The translations under genes and the position numbers were made by a program. From Bdellovibrionales bacterium (lineage in GTDB: Bacteria > Bdellovibrionota > Bdellovibrionia > Bdellovibrionales > UBA1609), in the NCBI GenBank assembly GCA_965200875.1, contig OZ241456.1, positions 1,664,001 through 1,728,000 on the forward strand: DNA of 64,000 nt, given 5' to 3'. The notes beneath the pieces are model-generated. The model was not told where the DNA came from. It was given only the letters and a program-made list of their open reading frames with translations, and made no database searches. Below, one piece after another: positions 36,437-46,864 of the stretch. How positions within the stretch are numbered: the stretch's first letter is position 1; every line of letters begins with the position of its first letter.

Positions 36437-37674
36437 TGAGAGCCTGCTTGGAAGTGGATCTTAAAGCCTTTAAAAAAAATATGGAAATATTATCCGGCCT
36501 TCCTGAAAGAAAATGTTTTTTTTGTCCAATGATAAAAGCAAATGGCTATGGTCATGGTGCTAGGGATTTGGCAAAAACCATACAATCAATGGGATTTAAA
36601 AAAGTGGGAGTTATTTCCGTAGAAGAAGCTTTGGAGTTAAAAAGTGTATCAAAAAATATGGAAATTTATATTTTTGGCCCCTTTTTTCCAAATCAAATTG
36701 ATGTAATAGTAGGAGAAAACCAGTTTATTCCAGTGGTGGGGCAATGGGAGGATTTAAAAAGTTTAGGCGACCATTTCCCAAAAAAAGAAATACCTTTTCA
36801 TATCAAAATTAACATGGGAATGAATCGACTGGGATTTTCTCTATATGAAGTATCGGCTTTGATGAATTATATCCAAAATACTCCTCACCTGAAATTAAAA
36901 GGTGTCTCTTCTCATTTGCAAGAGGGGGAAAAAGCCGGAATGGAGGAAAACAAAACTGCTGAAGAAGAGTCCAAGGGAATAAAACCTGTTTCCTCCAAAA
37001 AACAGGAAACTTTGCTCAAAAAAGAAAAAAATAATACGAGCCAGCAAATTGACCAATTTAAAAGTGTGTGTGATGAGTTCAGGACCTGCTTTCCAACAAA
37101 TAATTTAGAGTTTCATCTGTTGAACAGTGCCGGAGGATGGGCTGTTTGGAGCCACTCCCTTTGGGATAGTTATTTGGGTTTTAGACCAGGTATTTCTTTA
37201 TATGGGATAAAACCTGAAGTGTTTTTTTACTCTGAAGAGGCAAAAAAAAAATATCATTCTGTAAAATTAAGGCCGGTTTGCCGGTTAAAATCCTTTGTGG
37301 TACAATCCCGTGTGTTATCTGCCGGTCAATCGGTTTCTTACAGAAAAACCTGGACGGCTAGGAAAAAAACAGTCTTGGCAGTGGTATCTATGGGATATGC
37401 AGATGGCTTCCCTTACCAGCTTTCCAATAAGGCCGAAGTGCTTTTTCGCGGAAAAAAAGTGCCTGTGATAGGCCGTGTCTGTATGGATTTTTTTATGATA
37501 GATGTGACAGCAGTGTTAGAGGAAACAGAAATACGCAAAGGGGAAGAGGTGGTAATTTTTGGTTCACAAGAAAATCTCTTTATTTCCCTTGAAGAACAGG
37601 CAGAAAAAGCGGGTTCTATCCCGTATGAAATTTTAACAGGTTTAGGGAATCGGGTGCGAAGAATATATGTTTAA
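36433..37674 (+). CDS. alr: Alanine racemase
   Basis: IKANGYGHG, GMNRLG, RPGISLYG, GYADG, GRVCMD, IPYEI. Confidence 0.95.
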   Translation: MMRACLEVDLKAFKKNMEILSGLPERKCFFCPMIKANGYGHGARDLAKTIQSMGFKKVGVISVEEALELKSVSKNMEIYIFGPFFPNQIDVIVGENQFIPVVGQWEDLKSLGDHFPKKEIPFHIKINMGMNRLGFSLYEVSALMNYIQNTPHLKLKGVSSHLQEGEKAGMEENKTAEEESKGIKPVSSKKQETLLKKEKNNTSQQIDQFKSVCDEFRTCFPTNNLEFHLLNSAGGWAVWSHSLWDSYLGFRPGISLYGIKPEVFFYSEEAKKKYHSVKLRPVCRLKSFVVQSRVLSAGQSVSYRKTWTARKKTVLAVVSMGYADGFPYQLSNKAEVLFRGKKVPVIGRVCMDFFMIDVTAVLEETEIRKGEEVVIFGSQENLFISLEEQAEKAGSIPYEILTGLGNRVRRIYV

Positions 37675-39274
37675 AAATGCTTTTATCAGTGTAAGTAACA
37701 AGGAAGGTCTGGTCAGTTTTGTTCGACCTTTAGTGGAAAAAGGCATGCGAGTAGTATCCACAGGAGGCACAGCTCGCTTATTAAAGAAATCGGGCCTGCC
37801 AGTTTTTACCGTGGAAAAGGAAACCGGTTTTGAAGAAGTAATGGGTGGAAGGGTAAAATCCCTGCATCCGCGTATTTATATGCCTCTGCTAGCTCGTTTA
37901 AATCATCCGGGGGATGAAAAAACTTTAAAATCCGCAGGGCTTTCCCCTTTTGATTTAGTGGTGTGTAATCTATATCCCTTTGAAAAAAAAAGTCAGGAAA
38001 GGGATCAAAATCCAGTGGAATGGATTGATGTAGGTGGTCCTTCTTTATTGCGGGCTGCGGCCAAAAACTTTGAAAGAATCACTGTGTTATGCAATCCCTC
38101 GGACTATCAACCTATTTTGTCTGCAAAAAAAGCTCCTTCTTTTGAAAAAAGAAAAAAACTGGCCAGTAAAGCTTTTTCTTTATTGGCAGATTATAATCTT
38201 CATATTGCAACATGGATGAAAACAGGAAAGGCTTTCTTAAAGCCGAAAAACAAAACTTATGTTGAAAAGTCTGAAACTTTATCTGAAGGTTCTCTCTCCT
38301 ACTCCCTGCAGGACTGGATAGAAAAAGAAAAATGTCATTTTGAAGGAAGTTTTTATAAAAATCTCATCTATGGGGAAAACCCCGATCAAAAAGCTGGCTG
38401 GTTTCAGATGAGGAAAACAGGACTGCATCAAGCTCAAATTCTTCAGGGAAAAAAAGAACTTTCCTTTAATAATATTTGTGACCTAGATTCTGCCCTTGGG
38501 ATTTTAAGGGAGTTTTCAGAACCCTGCTCGGTGGCTATAAAGCATAACAACCCCTGTGGTGTAGCCTGTGGGAATAATCTGGAAAATGCCATTCATTTAT
38601 GCCTTAATGCAGACCCAGTAAGTGTTTTTGGAGCTGTCTTGGCTTTAAATCGTCCTGTCTCTCTGGAATCTGCTGAGTCCTTAAGTTCTCTTTTTTTGTC
38701 TTTGGTTATTGCTCCTGATTACACGGCTGATGCTTTAAAGCTCTTTAAAGATAAAAAGAAAAAACTTTGTATAATGAAATGGCCGGATGGAATATATAAA
38801 AATCCTGATCAAATTAAAGCTCGTTTTGTGGAGGGCGGTCTTTTAGCCCAGGAAAAGCAGAAAATTATCGGGAATTGGCAGTCAAATTGGCAGTGTATAG
38901 GAAATAAGCCTGATTTTCTTGTTAAAGCTCAACTCTTAATGGCTTGGAAAATATGCACCCACTTGAAAAGCAATGCCATTGCTTTAGTGTCAAATGGTCA
39001 AACTGTTGGTCTTGGTATGGGACAGGTGAGTCGTATATCAGCTGTGGAAACAGCTATTCAACGGTGGAAAACTTTTCACACTCAAATATACTCTCCGGTG
39101 CTGGCCAGTGACGGTTTTTTCCCTTTCCCAGATTCCATAGAGGCTTGCGCCCGGGCCGGTATAAAATGGATTATTCAACCCGGTGGATCTTTCAGGGATC
39201 AGGAAGTGTTTTCAAAAGCTGAAACATTGGCAGTCAATATAGTAAATACCGGCCAGAGATGCTTTTCCCATTAA
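37667..39274 (+). CDS. purH: Bifunctional AICAR transformylase/IMP cyclohydrolase
   Basis: ISVSNK, STGGT, GRVKSLHP, IDVGGP, YGENP, KHNNPCG, ASDGFFPF. Confidence 0.96.
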   Translation: MFKNAFISVSNKEGLVSFVRPLVEKGMRVVSTGGTARLLKKSGLPVFTVEKETGFEEVMGGRVKSLHPRIYMPLLARLNHPGDEKTLKSAGLSPFDLVVCNLYPFEKKSQERDQNPVEWIDVGGPSLLRAAAKNFERITVLCNPSDYQPILSAKKAPSFEKRKKLASKAFSLLADYNLHIATWMKTGKAFLKPKNKTYVEKSETLSEGSLSYSLQDWIEKEKCHFEGSFYKNLIYGENPDQKAGWFQMRKTGLHQAQILQGKKELSFNNICDLDSALGILREFSEPCSVAIKHNNPCGVACGNNLENAIHLCLNADPVSVFGAVLALNRPVSLESAESLSSLFLSLVIAPDYTADALKLFKDKKKKLCIMKWPDGIYKNPDQIKARFVEGGLLAQEKQKIIGNWQSNWQCIGNKPDFLVKAQLLMAWKICTHLKSNAIALVSNGQTVGLGMGQVSRISAVETAIQRWKTFHTQIYSPVLASDGFFPFPDSIEACARAGIKWIIQPGGSFRDQEVFSKAETLAVNIVNTGQRCFSH

Positions 39275-39318
39275 TTTTTGCTGACAGAATAGTTAAAAAC
39301 AGGGAAAATATATAAATT

Positions 39319-40986
39319 ATGTTGGATGATACAAAAGATAAAAAGTGGCTGGTAAAGCATAATAATCGAATTATTGGCCCTTTTAGTGAAGAAGAATTAC
39401 AAACAGAGCTGGCAAAAGACTATATATCTCCTTTCGCTACTGTTTGTGTTCCAGAACAGCCATTCTGGGGATACATGGCTGCTTACCCGGAGTTCATTGT
39501 TCATACAGATATTACCAAATTAACACAGTTTGCGAATACACTGCACACAAATTTCACGAAAACACACAAACTTATATCCGATCACATCTCCAGTGAATAT
39601 TCACAAAGTGAGATTGATTCTGCTACTTCCACACCTCCACCATCTAAAAGTGAGGACGATCATCGTGTTACAGAAAACAAAACCACTCTGTTGGAAAAAC
39701 AGAAGAAAAAAATCAATTTTTTTTTAGTGGTGTTTTGTATGGTGATTGCAGGAATTTGTGCCTTTGTCTGGCATAATAATAAAGAGTCTCAGCTGGTCAC
39801 GGTTCCTAAAAACCTTCACTTGGGTGCGGATTGGTTTTCCGCAGGAGATTACTCCAAGGCTCTGCAAATATGGCAAAATCGAAAAAATCAATTAAGCCCG
39901 GCAGATCTTGTGTCATTTCAGGTTTTAAAATTTCAACTCAAAGACGATCTGTCCCAGGGAAGAGAATTAATGAGGTTAAAAACTGCTGGAAATTTAAATG
40001 AGGAAACCAGAAATATTATCAAAGCTTTAATGCAATTAAAAACCGGGAAACAAGAATCCGGCAGACAGGTTTTAGAGGAATTATTGAATAGTCAACCCTC
40101 ATCAGATATGGAAAAAGTGGCTTTTGCCAATTTGGCTTTATTATCTGGAAAAAAAAGAGACTGTGATTTTTTTGAAAAATATAAAGAATCCCGATTTGGA
40201 AATAAAAATCTTATTCATTTTGTGTTTGCTTTATGTGTTCTGCAAGTTGATGTGTCTGTTGAAAAAAGAAACAAGGCACAGGTTCTATTGGAGAGCATAA
40301 TTCAAAATCAAGGAGATTATTATCAGGAAGCTTTGGTGGGACTTGCTTATATCAAATATTTGAAAGCAGAGGATGTTTCCTCCTCAATTACAACTCTTTT
40401 GGACAGCAACCCTTACCTGACAGATGCTTATCGGCATAATGTTTTTATTGACCGAAAAATTTACTCGTGGCCGGAGTTAATTCCTCTGTGTGAGAAAATT
40501 TATTCTTCCCAAGCGGAAAACATGTTATTCATTACTTTTTATGCGTATTGTTTGGTCCGCTCCAATCATTATAAATCCGCAAAGGAGCTTATGGCAAAGA
40601 CCAGCTTGAATCCAAAAGACCCTCTGATCAAAGCTGTGCATGCCTACATTGATGATTTTCTGAATTTTAAAAATGAATATGTTTTGCTTTTAGGGGATGC
40701 TATTCGCTCCAACGCGCAAGCAAAGTATGTTCTGCCTCATATTTTGCAAGCCAGGTTTTGTGAAAAACACAAAGATTGGGATTGTGCCTTTCATAATTGG
40801 CAAATTGTTTTAAAAAACAGACCGGATTCTGTTTCTGGTTTAGGAGGTGTGGCTTATGCCAAATATAACCAAGGGCTTTATGAAGAGGCCAGAGAATATA
40901 TGACTCGTGGTTTTGTCATGGACAATACAGATCTTTACAGCCCTTTGCTTTTTGTTCAAAATGGACTCGAAAAAGTCCGCCAATAA
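39319..40986 (+). CDS. GYF_2-like domain + TM + TPR protein
   Basis: WLVK..IIGPFS N-terminus, single TM, C-terminal TPR-like helices. Confidence 0.72.
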   Translation: MLDDTKDKKWLVKHNNRIIGPFSEEELQTELAKDYISPFATVCVPEQPFWGYMAAYPEFIVHTDITKLTQFANTLHTNFTKTHKLISDHISSEYSQSEIDSATSTPPPSKSEDDHRVTENKTTLLEKQKKKINFFLVVFCMVIAGICAFVWHNNKESQLVTVPKNLHLGADWFSAGDYSKALQIWQNRKNQLSPADLVSFQVLKFQLKDDLSQGRELMRLKTAGNLNEETRNIIKALMQLKTGKQESGRQVLEELLNSQPSSDMEKVAFANLALLSGKKRDCDFFEKYKESRFGNKNLIHFVFALCVLQVDVSVEKRNKAQVLLESIIQNQGDYYQEALVGLAYIKYLKAEDVSSSITTLLDSNPYLTDAYRHNVFIDRKIYSWPELIPLCEKIYSSQAENMLFITFYAYCLVRSNHYKSAKELMAKTSLNPKDPLIKAVHAYIDDFLNFKNEYVLLLGDAIRSNAQAKYVLPHILQARFCEKHKDWDCAFHNWQIVLKNRPDSVSGLGGVAYAKYNQGLYEEAREYMTRGFVMDNTDLYSPLLFVQNGLEKVRQ

Positions 40987-41009
40987 AATGAAAAGTATTG
41001 GCTTTTCCT

Positions 41010-43229
41010 CTAATACTCCTCTCCGGTTTTATAAGTATAAGTGTAATATTGTGTTTGAAAGGAGCCTGGTGTTTTTAAACGAGAGAAAAACGGAAATCGA
41101 TCAGGCCAGCTATTTTTTTCCGGCTTTCCTGCTCCGATAAGAGTCAAAGTTTCCTTTGCTCTGGTGAGAGCCACATAAAGCAGGCGATCAAACTCCTGAA
41201 GTTCCATTTCTTTTTTCTGCTCCCGGATTTTTTTATGAAAAGAGGATTTTATTCTTCTGTCTTCTTTCTCCCATTTTGCAGATAAGGTCCATTTCCCTGT
41301 TTCTTTTTCCTTAATGAAATATTGCAGTTTTTCCACAGCTCTGAAACCGGAACATAATCCAATAAGAATAACATGCTTAAACTCTAGGCCCTTGGCAGAA
41401 TGAATAGTCATTAGCTGAACCCCTGAATTTTCAAGTGCTGATACAGCATTTTGAGAATGGCTTGCAGAGCTTAATTCCGTACTTTGATCTTCGTAAAGTA
41501 GATAATCTGTAAAGGCCAAAAGATTTCCCGGAGACTTTGATTCATAGTCTTTCAGGCAATATATAAATTTCCATAAATTGGCCTCCTGCACTCCTGTGGG
41601 ATCCTGATAGTAAGATAAGTCAAAAAAACCCAAGGATTCTAGGGCGTTTTGAAAACTTCTCGTGATTCCGATTTTATGTGTTTGTTCTAAATGATATTTT
41701 AATTTTTGAATAAGAGACTCTGCCTTACAGGTTTGAGTTAAAAAATTCCAAAGAGATGTCATGGATTTTTTTTTCTGTATTCCATCTGCTAATTTTTGGT
41801 CGGAAATACGACAATAAGGTGTTCTTAAAAGACCTATCAAATTTTCCTCATCATAAGGGTTAAAAAGAAAGCGCAACAAAAAAACCGCATCTATTATTTC
41901 TCTTCTGTTTTTGAAACTACCACTTGAATGCAACCAAATCGGTAATTTTTGATGCTTTAAATATTGAGCAAGCTTCTGCAAAGCTTTATTTTTCCGGGCC
42001 AAAACAACTATTTCTTCTGGTTTCGTATTTTGTTTTAGTAACTCCTTAATTCTGTTTGCGGTTTCCTGCATTTCCATTTCCTCTTTGTTTATTTGTTCTG
42101 GATGGGAATGGATACCAATAAAATGCGCCACTTTTTTTTCTTTTTTATAACTTTTGTTTTGTGGGTTTGAGTTTTCATATTTCGGAGAAAAAAAATCATT
42201 AAAGAAAGCTATCAGTTCAGAACTAGATCGGTAATTTGTCCGTAAATGCCTGATTTTACCATCTTCTCTTTTTTGAGCTTCCTGTTCTTTTTGTTGGAAA
42301 ACAGACACATCTGCTCCGCGAAAGTAATAAATACTTTGCTGAGGATCTCCCACAATAAACACTTGGCTGTTTTGACTTAACTGATTCAAAATATCTTTTT
42401 GAAGAGGGCTTGTGTCCTGATATTCATCTAAAAACCAAAAATCCATAAGATTAAACAATTTGTTTTTTTCTTTTTTAAGAATCTGCATGGTCATTGTTTC
42501 CATGTCATTTAATGTAATTTGACCAAGCTCTTTTTTTTGTTGATCCAAAGAAGGTATAATTTGCTGACCTATTGCTTTAAGCTCTTGGCAAAGGTGGATA
42601 AAGGTATCTAAAAGTTCCCATTCAGTTTTTTGCTCAAGGAGCGCGTTATCGCATGCTGTATGACTTTTTGAGGCTTTGGTTTTTAAAAATTTATGTTTTG
42701 TATCATCAGTCAGATTGACTCGTAGCTCCTCTTTATCAATAAAGGTACTTTCTGGATGATTTTGCACCTGCAAAACATAATGTTTCGAAATAGTGATGAT
42801 TTCCTCAAAAGAGTAATGATCCAAAAGATCTGTTCCTGTGTTTTTTTCAAAAATAACCTGCTTTAAAAGAGAAACAAACAGTTCATCTGATTCTTTTTCA
42901 TCCATAACTGTAACCCCTGGAGTGAGACCGATTTTATATCCATGAATCTGAATAAAATGATTAAAAATACCATGTAGAGTAGACACCTGAAAATGAGGAG
43001 AGTAGTTGATGTATTGAATAAGCTGTTTGTTTTGTAATTTCAGAGCGTTTATTATCATACGCTCTTTGAGTTCACGGGTGGCTTTACGGGTGAAAGTGCT
43101 TACAGCAACACGGGGAAATCGGTTTTTTTTCTGTTGATACTGCAAAACACAATCTATCAAGGTGTTGATCAAAGTTGTTGTTTTACCCGATCCAGCTCCG
43201 GCTTTGATAATTTCCAATTTTGTACTCAT
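41010..43229 (-). CDS. addA: UvrD-family helicase, AddA-like, short
   Basis: AGAGSGKT, TFTRKA, DEYQDT, VGDPQQSIY.FRGA, TIHSAKGLE, LYVALTRA; directly follows AddB-like gene. Confidence 0.8.
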   Translation of the reverse strand: MSTKLEIIKAGAGSGKTTTLINTLIDCVLQYQQKKNRFPRVAVSTFTRKATRELKERMIINALKLQNKQLIQYINYSPHFQVSTLHGIFNHFIQIHGYKIGLTPGVTVMDEKESDELFVSLLKQVIFEKNTGTDLLDHYSFEEIITISKHYVLQVQNHPESTFIDKEELRVNLTDDTKHKFLKTKASKSHTACDNALLEQKTEWELLDTFIHLCQELKAIGQQIIPSLDQQKKELGQITLNDMETMTMQILKKEKNKLFNLMDFWFLDEYQDTSPLQKDILNQLSQNSQVFIVGDPQQSIYYFRGADVSVFQQKEQEAQKREDGKIRHLRTNYRSSSELIAFFNDFFSPKYENSNPQNKSYKKEKKVAHFIGIHSHPEQINKEEMEMQETANRIKELLKQNTKPEEIVVLARKNKALQKLAQYLKHQKLPIWLHSSGSFKNRREIIDAVFLLRFLFNPYDEENLIGLLRTPYCRISDQKLADGIQKKKSMTSLWNFLTQTCKAESLIQKLKYHLEQTHKIGITRSFQNALESLGFFDLSYYQDPTGVQEANLWKFIYCLKDYESKSPGNLLAFTDYLLYEDQSTELSSASHSQNAVSALENSGVQLMTIHSAKGLEFKHVILIGLCSGFRAVEKLQYFIKEKETGKWTLSAKWEKEDRRIKSSFHKKIREQKKEMELQEFDRLLYVALTRAKETLTLIGAGKPEKNSWPDRFPFFSRLKTPGSFQTQYYTYTYKTGEEY

Positions 43230-43250
43230 ATTATCCTCAGGTGATGAAGG

Positions 43251-46151
43251 TTAATTTAAATGTGGGGCACGACATATTTTTCTCCATTGGCATTTTTCAC
43301 AAATGGTTTTTACCTTAGGCTTTGCGGGAAAAAAACCAGCATGGATCTTTAAAATAAAAGTGTTTATTTGTTCATTCACCTTTTCCAAGATCGTATGTTT
43401 TTGCGATTCGGAGATTAAAGACCGCTTTTTAGGACTTCCTAAAAGTTGAATATAAGAAGAATTTTTAAGAGCCATCCCTTGATATTCAAAGTTTTTATAA
43501 CTTAAATAAAGTGCGGAATTTACTGGCAAAGCTGGTAGATCGGCAAGACCTCGTTCCAGAACCTGTATATAAAAAGCCATCTGAAAATTTTTCTGCTTTT
43601 CCCAAGAAGAAGCTATGGAACCGGTGGGAAGTGAACCTTTGTAATCCATAATCTGATAAGACTGACTATCAGAATCAATCCGATCTATTTTCCCGCTAAA
43701 TAATATATCCCCTTCCGCACTCAAAGACTCTGTTTCAAAACTCCAGTAACATTGATACTCTTTCTCACAAGCGAGAGTCCGATAATTTTTGAATAAAAAG
43801 CCTCTTTGTTTTTCCTGCTCTAAAAAAACAAGAGCTTTTTTCAGCAGTCGAGATTTTTCTTTTTCCCATATAAGCGGATGAACTTTTTGCAGGAAATGCT
43901 TAAAAGGTTTTTGGGCTTTTATATCCTCTATGATTTGTAAAATATCCTGTTCAAAAAGAAGATTCTCTTTTTGATGGGAGGTTTTGTCCCCGTCTCTGGT
44001 TGTTTCTCCCTCAGGGGATATTATTTTGAGCGAATTTAACTTTAATCGAAGAGCTTCAAAAAGTTTGTGTATAAGACTCCCTTTTTCCAAAGCGGGAATG
44101 TCCATATTTCTTTCCGGCCCCTCCCAGAGACAAAACATCTTTTTGGCCGCAAAAATGAAAGGGCATTTGATATAACTATCCAAAGATGAAGGGGAAAGAC
44201 TTTTTATTCTTTTCTGGAAAAAAGGCTCAGCCATTTTGTGTCCTGTGTCTTCTTGGAGAGATTGTTCCAACAACTTCCGCTGAACAGAATCCATATTATA
44301 AAGAATTTCTTTTACTGTAGGTCTCCTTTGTTGTTCGTCCCATAAACTGAGACTAGGTATATCAAAATGACTTATGTTTTCTTTTCTGTATTTCATGGCT
44401 TTTTCCAGCCAAAGGCATGAGGGGTTCAAAGCTGTTCCCAGAAAATCTGAAGTGGAAAACGACAGTATCAGTTTTTTATGTTTTTGGTGAATAAAACAGG
44501 AAATCATACGCTCTGTTTTATCAATGGGATCGGTTTTTATAAAAAACCCTAAATCTTTTGTTATGGACTGAGTTTCCAGCACAGAAAGAAAGCTTTGTTT
44601 TTCGTTTTTCAGGTTTTGTTCACTTAATCCCGCAATGTAAATCAGATCAGATTCCACCCAACCAAGAGCGTTAAAACTTAAACAATTAATGCCTTTTGAA
44701 TGACCAGAATGTATCTCCAATTCTTTTATGGAGAGATAATGCTCCAGTAAACTCAGCCAAGCCTGCCTCTTTAAGGGTAAAGCTTTTAAAGCAAAACCAG
44801 CTTTAGAGAAATCGTTTAAACATTCTTTTAAGGGTTGGTGGATAACAGCAGACACATCCGGCAAAAGATTTTTAGCCCATTTGATGAAGTCCTCATAAGA
44901 GACAAGCTCATCTTTTTTACCAAGCCGGTTTTTCGTATATACCCACTCAGGCCATTTTTCCAATTCTTTGATATTGCAGAACTCCGCCTTTAATTGGCTG
45001 AAGTTTGTGTATGCGTTTTGGTGAGAGCGTATAATTTGCAGGTATTCAGGTTTGAGAACAGATAAATGTGTCCACATTTTGGCCAGCCAAAGCTGAATAA
45101 CAGGGAAACTGATTAACGATACAGTTTCTGTTTTGTTGACGGGAATATTTTCTTTTTTCAGATAGCTTCCAAGGCAGGTCCAGTAATCTTCAATATGAGG
45201 GGCAAGGACGCTGATTTTGTCCGGCTTTACACCTTCGCGCAAAGCTTTGTTGATTTGGTGGGTTATGTCTTTTACTTCAGCGAGGGGAGTTGCAAATTTT
45301 TTGATTTTTAAAGAGTTTATGGGTAAAGGTGGTTTTTGGGCTTTGGAAAAAATCTTTTTTATATTCATCCAATCATAAAGATAATCAATATCTTCCTGAT
45401 GTTTTCCATCGAAGCAAAAGGGAATAAGAACTTTTGTGTTTATGTGGGATGTGATTTGATGTATAAGCTCTGACTCCACTTTATGGGTATCAAATCCCAG
45501 ATCAAAAATGATATTTTCGAATTGTTCTTTTGGAGAAAAAACCTCTTTATCAAAAGAAAGATTATCCAATAAAAGCGCGCTGGCCCATGAGGATTCGATG
45601 ATTTTTTTCTGTTCCAGATAACTCCAAAAATCCCCTGCAAGCTTGTGCCAGGCTTTCACATAAGAGTTCTGACCGGAAAAAGTTTTTATCCATTCTTCCA
45701 TCAGGTTTTCTTTTAAGGGGTGTTGTAAAAGATGAACCATTTGGGATATAAACTGGCAAATAAGATTTCCTGTTTTAAGCCCCCTTTGCCATTCCGGTTT
45801 TTTGGATTTGGCCCACTCATGGTAAATAAAAGTCAAAACCGTCCGGTCAATAATATGATGTTCAGGATAAGTTTTGCGCAGTAAAAAAGACCAAAAATCT
45901 CTAGCCCTCATAACAGAGTTTTCGTTTATATTTGACTCATTTTTTTTGAGCTGATTTAAAATAAAAAAACGAGATTTAATGTCTGTAGTAATCCATATAC
46001 TGTTATCGGGATTAAAATTTTGTAAAATGTCTTTTTTTTCCCTGATACATCCATCTGGCCAGAAAGAGCTTGCAGAATTATTGGAAAAACTTGGGAGGGT
46101 TTTCCCTCTCATATCCTGATTGAAAGTGACTTCATACACTGTCATGGACAT
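43251..46151 (-). CDS. addB: AddB-like PD-(D/E)XK nuclease with Fe-S cysteines
   Basis: LSPSSLD.Y..CPF, GKIDRID, IMDYK, QMAFY, CEKCQWRKIC. Confidence 0.82.
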   Translation of the reverse strand: MSMTVYEVTFNQDMRGKTLPSFSNNSASSFWPDGCIREKKDILQNFNPDNSIWITTDIKSRFFILNQLKKNESNINENSVMRARDFWSFLLRKTYPEHHIIDRTVLTFIYHEWAKSKKPEWQRGLKTGNLICQFISQMVHLLQHPLKENLMEEWIKTFSGQNSYVKAWHKLAGDFWSYLEQKKIIESSWASALLLDNLSFDKEVFSPKEQFENIIFDLGFDTHKVESELIHQITSHINTKVLIPFCFDGKHQEDIDYLYDWMNIKKIFSKAQKPPLPINSLKIKKFATPLAEVKDITHQINKALREGVKPDKISVLAPHIEDYWTCLGSYLKKENIPVNKTETVSLISFPVIQLWLAKMWTHLSVLKPEYLQIIRSHQNAYTNFSQLKAEFCNIKELEKWPEWVYTKNRLGKKDELVSYEDFIKWAKNLLPDVSAVIHQPLKECLNDFSKAGFALKALPLKRQAWLSLLEHYLSIKELEIHSGHSKGINCLSFNALGWVESDLIYIAGLSEQNLKNEKQSFLSVLETQSITKDLGFFIKTDPIDKTERMISCFIHQKHKKLILSFSTSDFLGTALNPSCLWLEKAMKYRKENISHFDIPSLSLWDEQQRRPTVKEILYNMDSVQRKLLEQSLQEDTGHKMAEPFFQKRIKSLSPSSLDSYIKCPFIFAAKKMFCLWEGPERNMDIPALEKGSLIHKLFEALRLKLNSLKIISPEGETTRDGDKTSHQKENLLFEQDILQIIEDIKAQKPFKHFLQKVHPLIWEKEKSRLLKKALVFLEQEKQRGFLFKNYRTLACEKEYQCYWSFETESLSAEGDILFSGKIDRIDSDSQSYQIMDYKGSLPTGSIASSWEKQKNFQMAFYIQVLERGLADLPALPVNSALYLSYKNFEYQGMALKNSSYIQLLGSPKKRSLISESQKHTILEKVNEQINTFILKIHAGFFPAKPKVKTICEKCQWRKICRAPHLN

Positions 46152-46162
46152 TATATATTTCC

Positions 46163-46774
46163 TTATGATGAAAAATCATTCTTTATTTTTAGCCAGTTTA
46201 CCAGACTAAAGACCTGTTTTTTCAGATGATCCAAAGATAAATTATTCCATATTACATAATCCGCTCCCTTTATTTTTTCCGATTGAGACATTTGAAATTT
46301 CATGCGATTTTCAATATCTTTCAGTTTCAGGTTACGGTATTTTTGGAGACGATTTTTTTGTTTTTTAGAATCAATGGCAATCACAACTTTGGTGTCAAAA
46401 AAATACTCCTTTTTTTTTTCAAACAGAAGTGGCAACTCGTAAAACACAACAGTTTTTCCGGCAGAAAGTAGCTTTTCTTCAGCTTTTTGCATTAAATCCT
46501 GGGTTACAGGATGAATAATTGATTCAATTTGATACAATAAAGCCTGGTTTTGAAAGGCTTTTTCTGCGATTTTTTGAGTATCAAAATAACCCTGATCATT
46601 CAAATATTGAGATCCTAATAAATCAAGCAGTTTAATGTAGCCTGGTTTTTGAGGAGCTATGGCTTTCCGGGCCAATACATCAGCAGAAATAAAATCCATC
46701 TTCATATTTTGCAATATCAAGCCAACAGTGGACTTGCCAGCCCCTATTATGCCCGTTATGGCTATTTTACGCAT
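46163..46774 (-). CDS. coaE: Dephospho-CoA kinase
   Basis: IAITGIIGAGKST, SADVLA, IIHP, ELPLLFE; start moved to 46774. Confidence 0.93.
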   Translation of the reverse strand: MRKIAITGIIGAGKSTVGLILQNMKMDFISADVLARKAIAPQKPGYIKLLDLLGSQYLNDQGYFDTQKIAEKAFQNQALLYQIESIIHPVTQDLMQKAEEKLLSAGKTVVFYELPLLFEKKKEYFFDTKVVIAIDSKKQKNRLQKYRNLKLKDIENRMKFQMSQSEKIKGADYVIWNNLSLDHLKKQVFSLVNWLKIKNDFSS

Positions 46775-46864
46775 AAAGTTCCTTTTTTTTATAGCCGATA
46801 AAATTAAAAGAAGCATTGTAACTATAGCAGAAAAAGAGATGAAAGAGGAAATTACAGGTTAATT

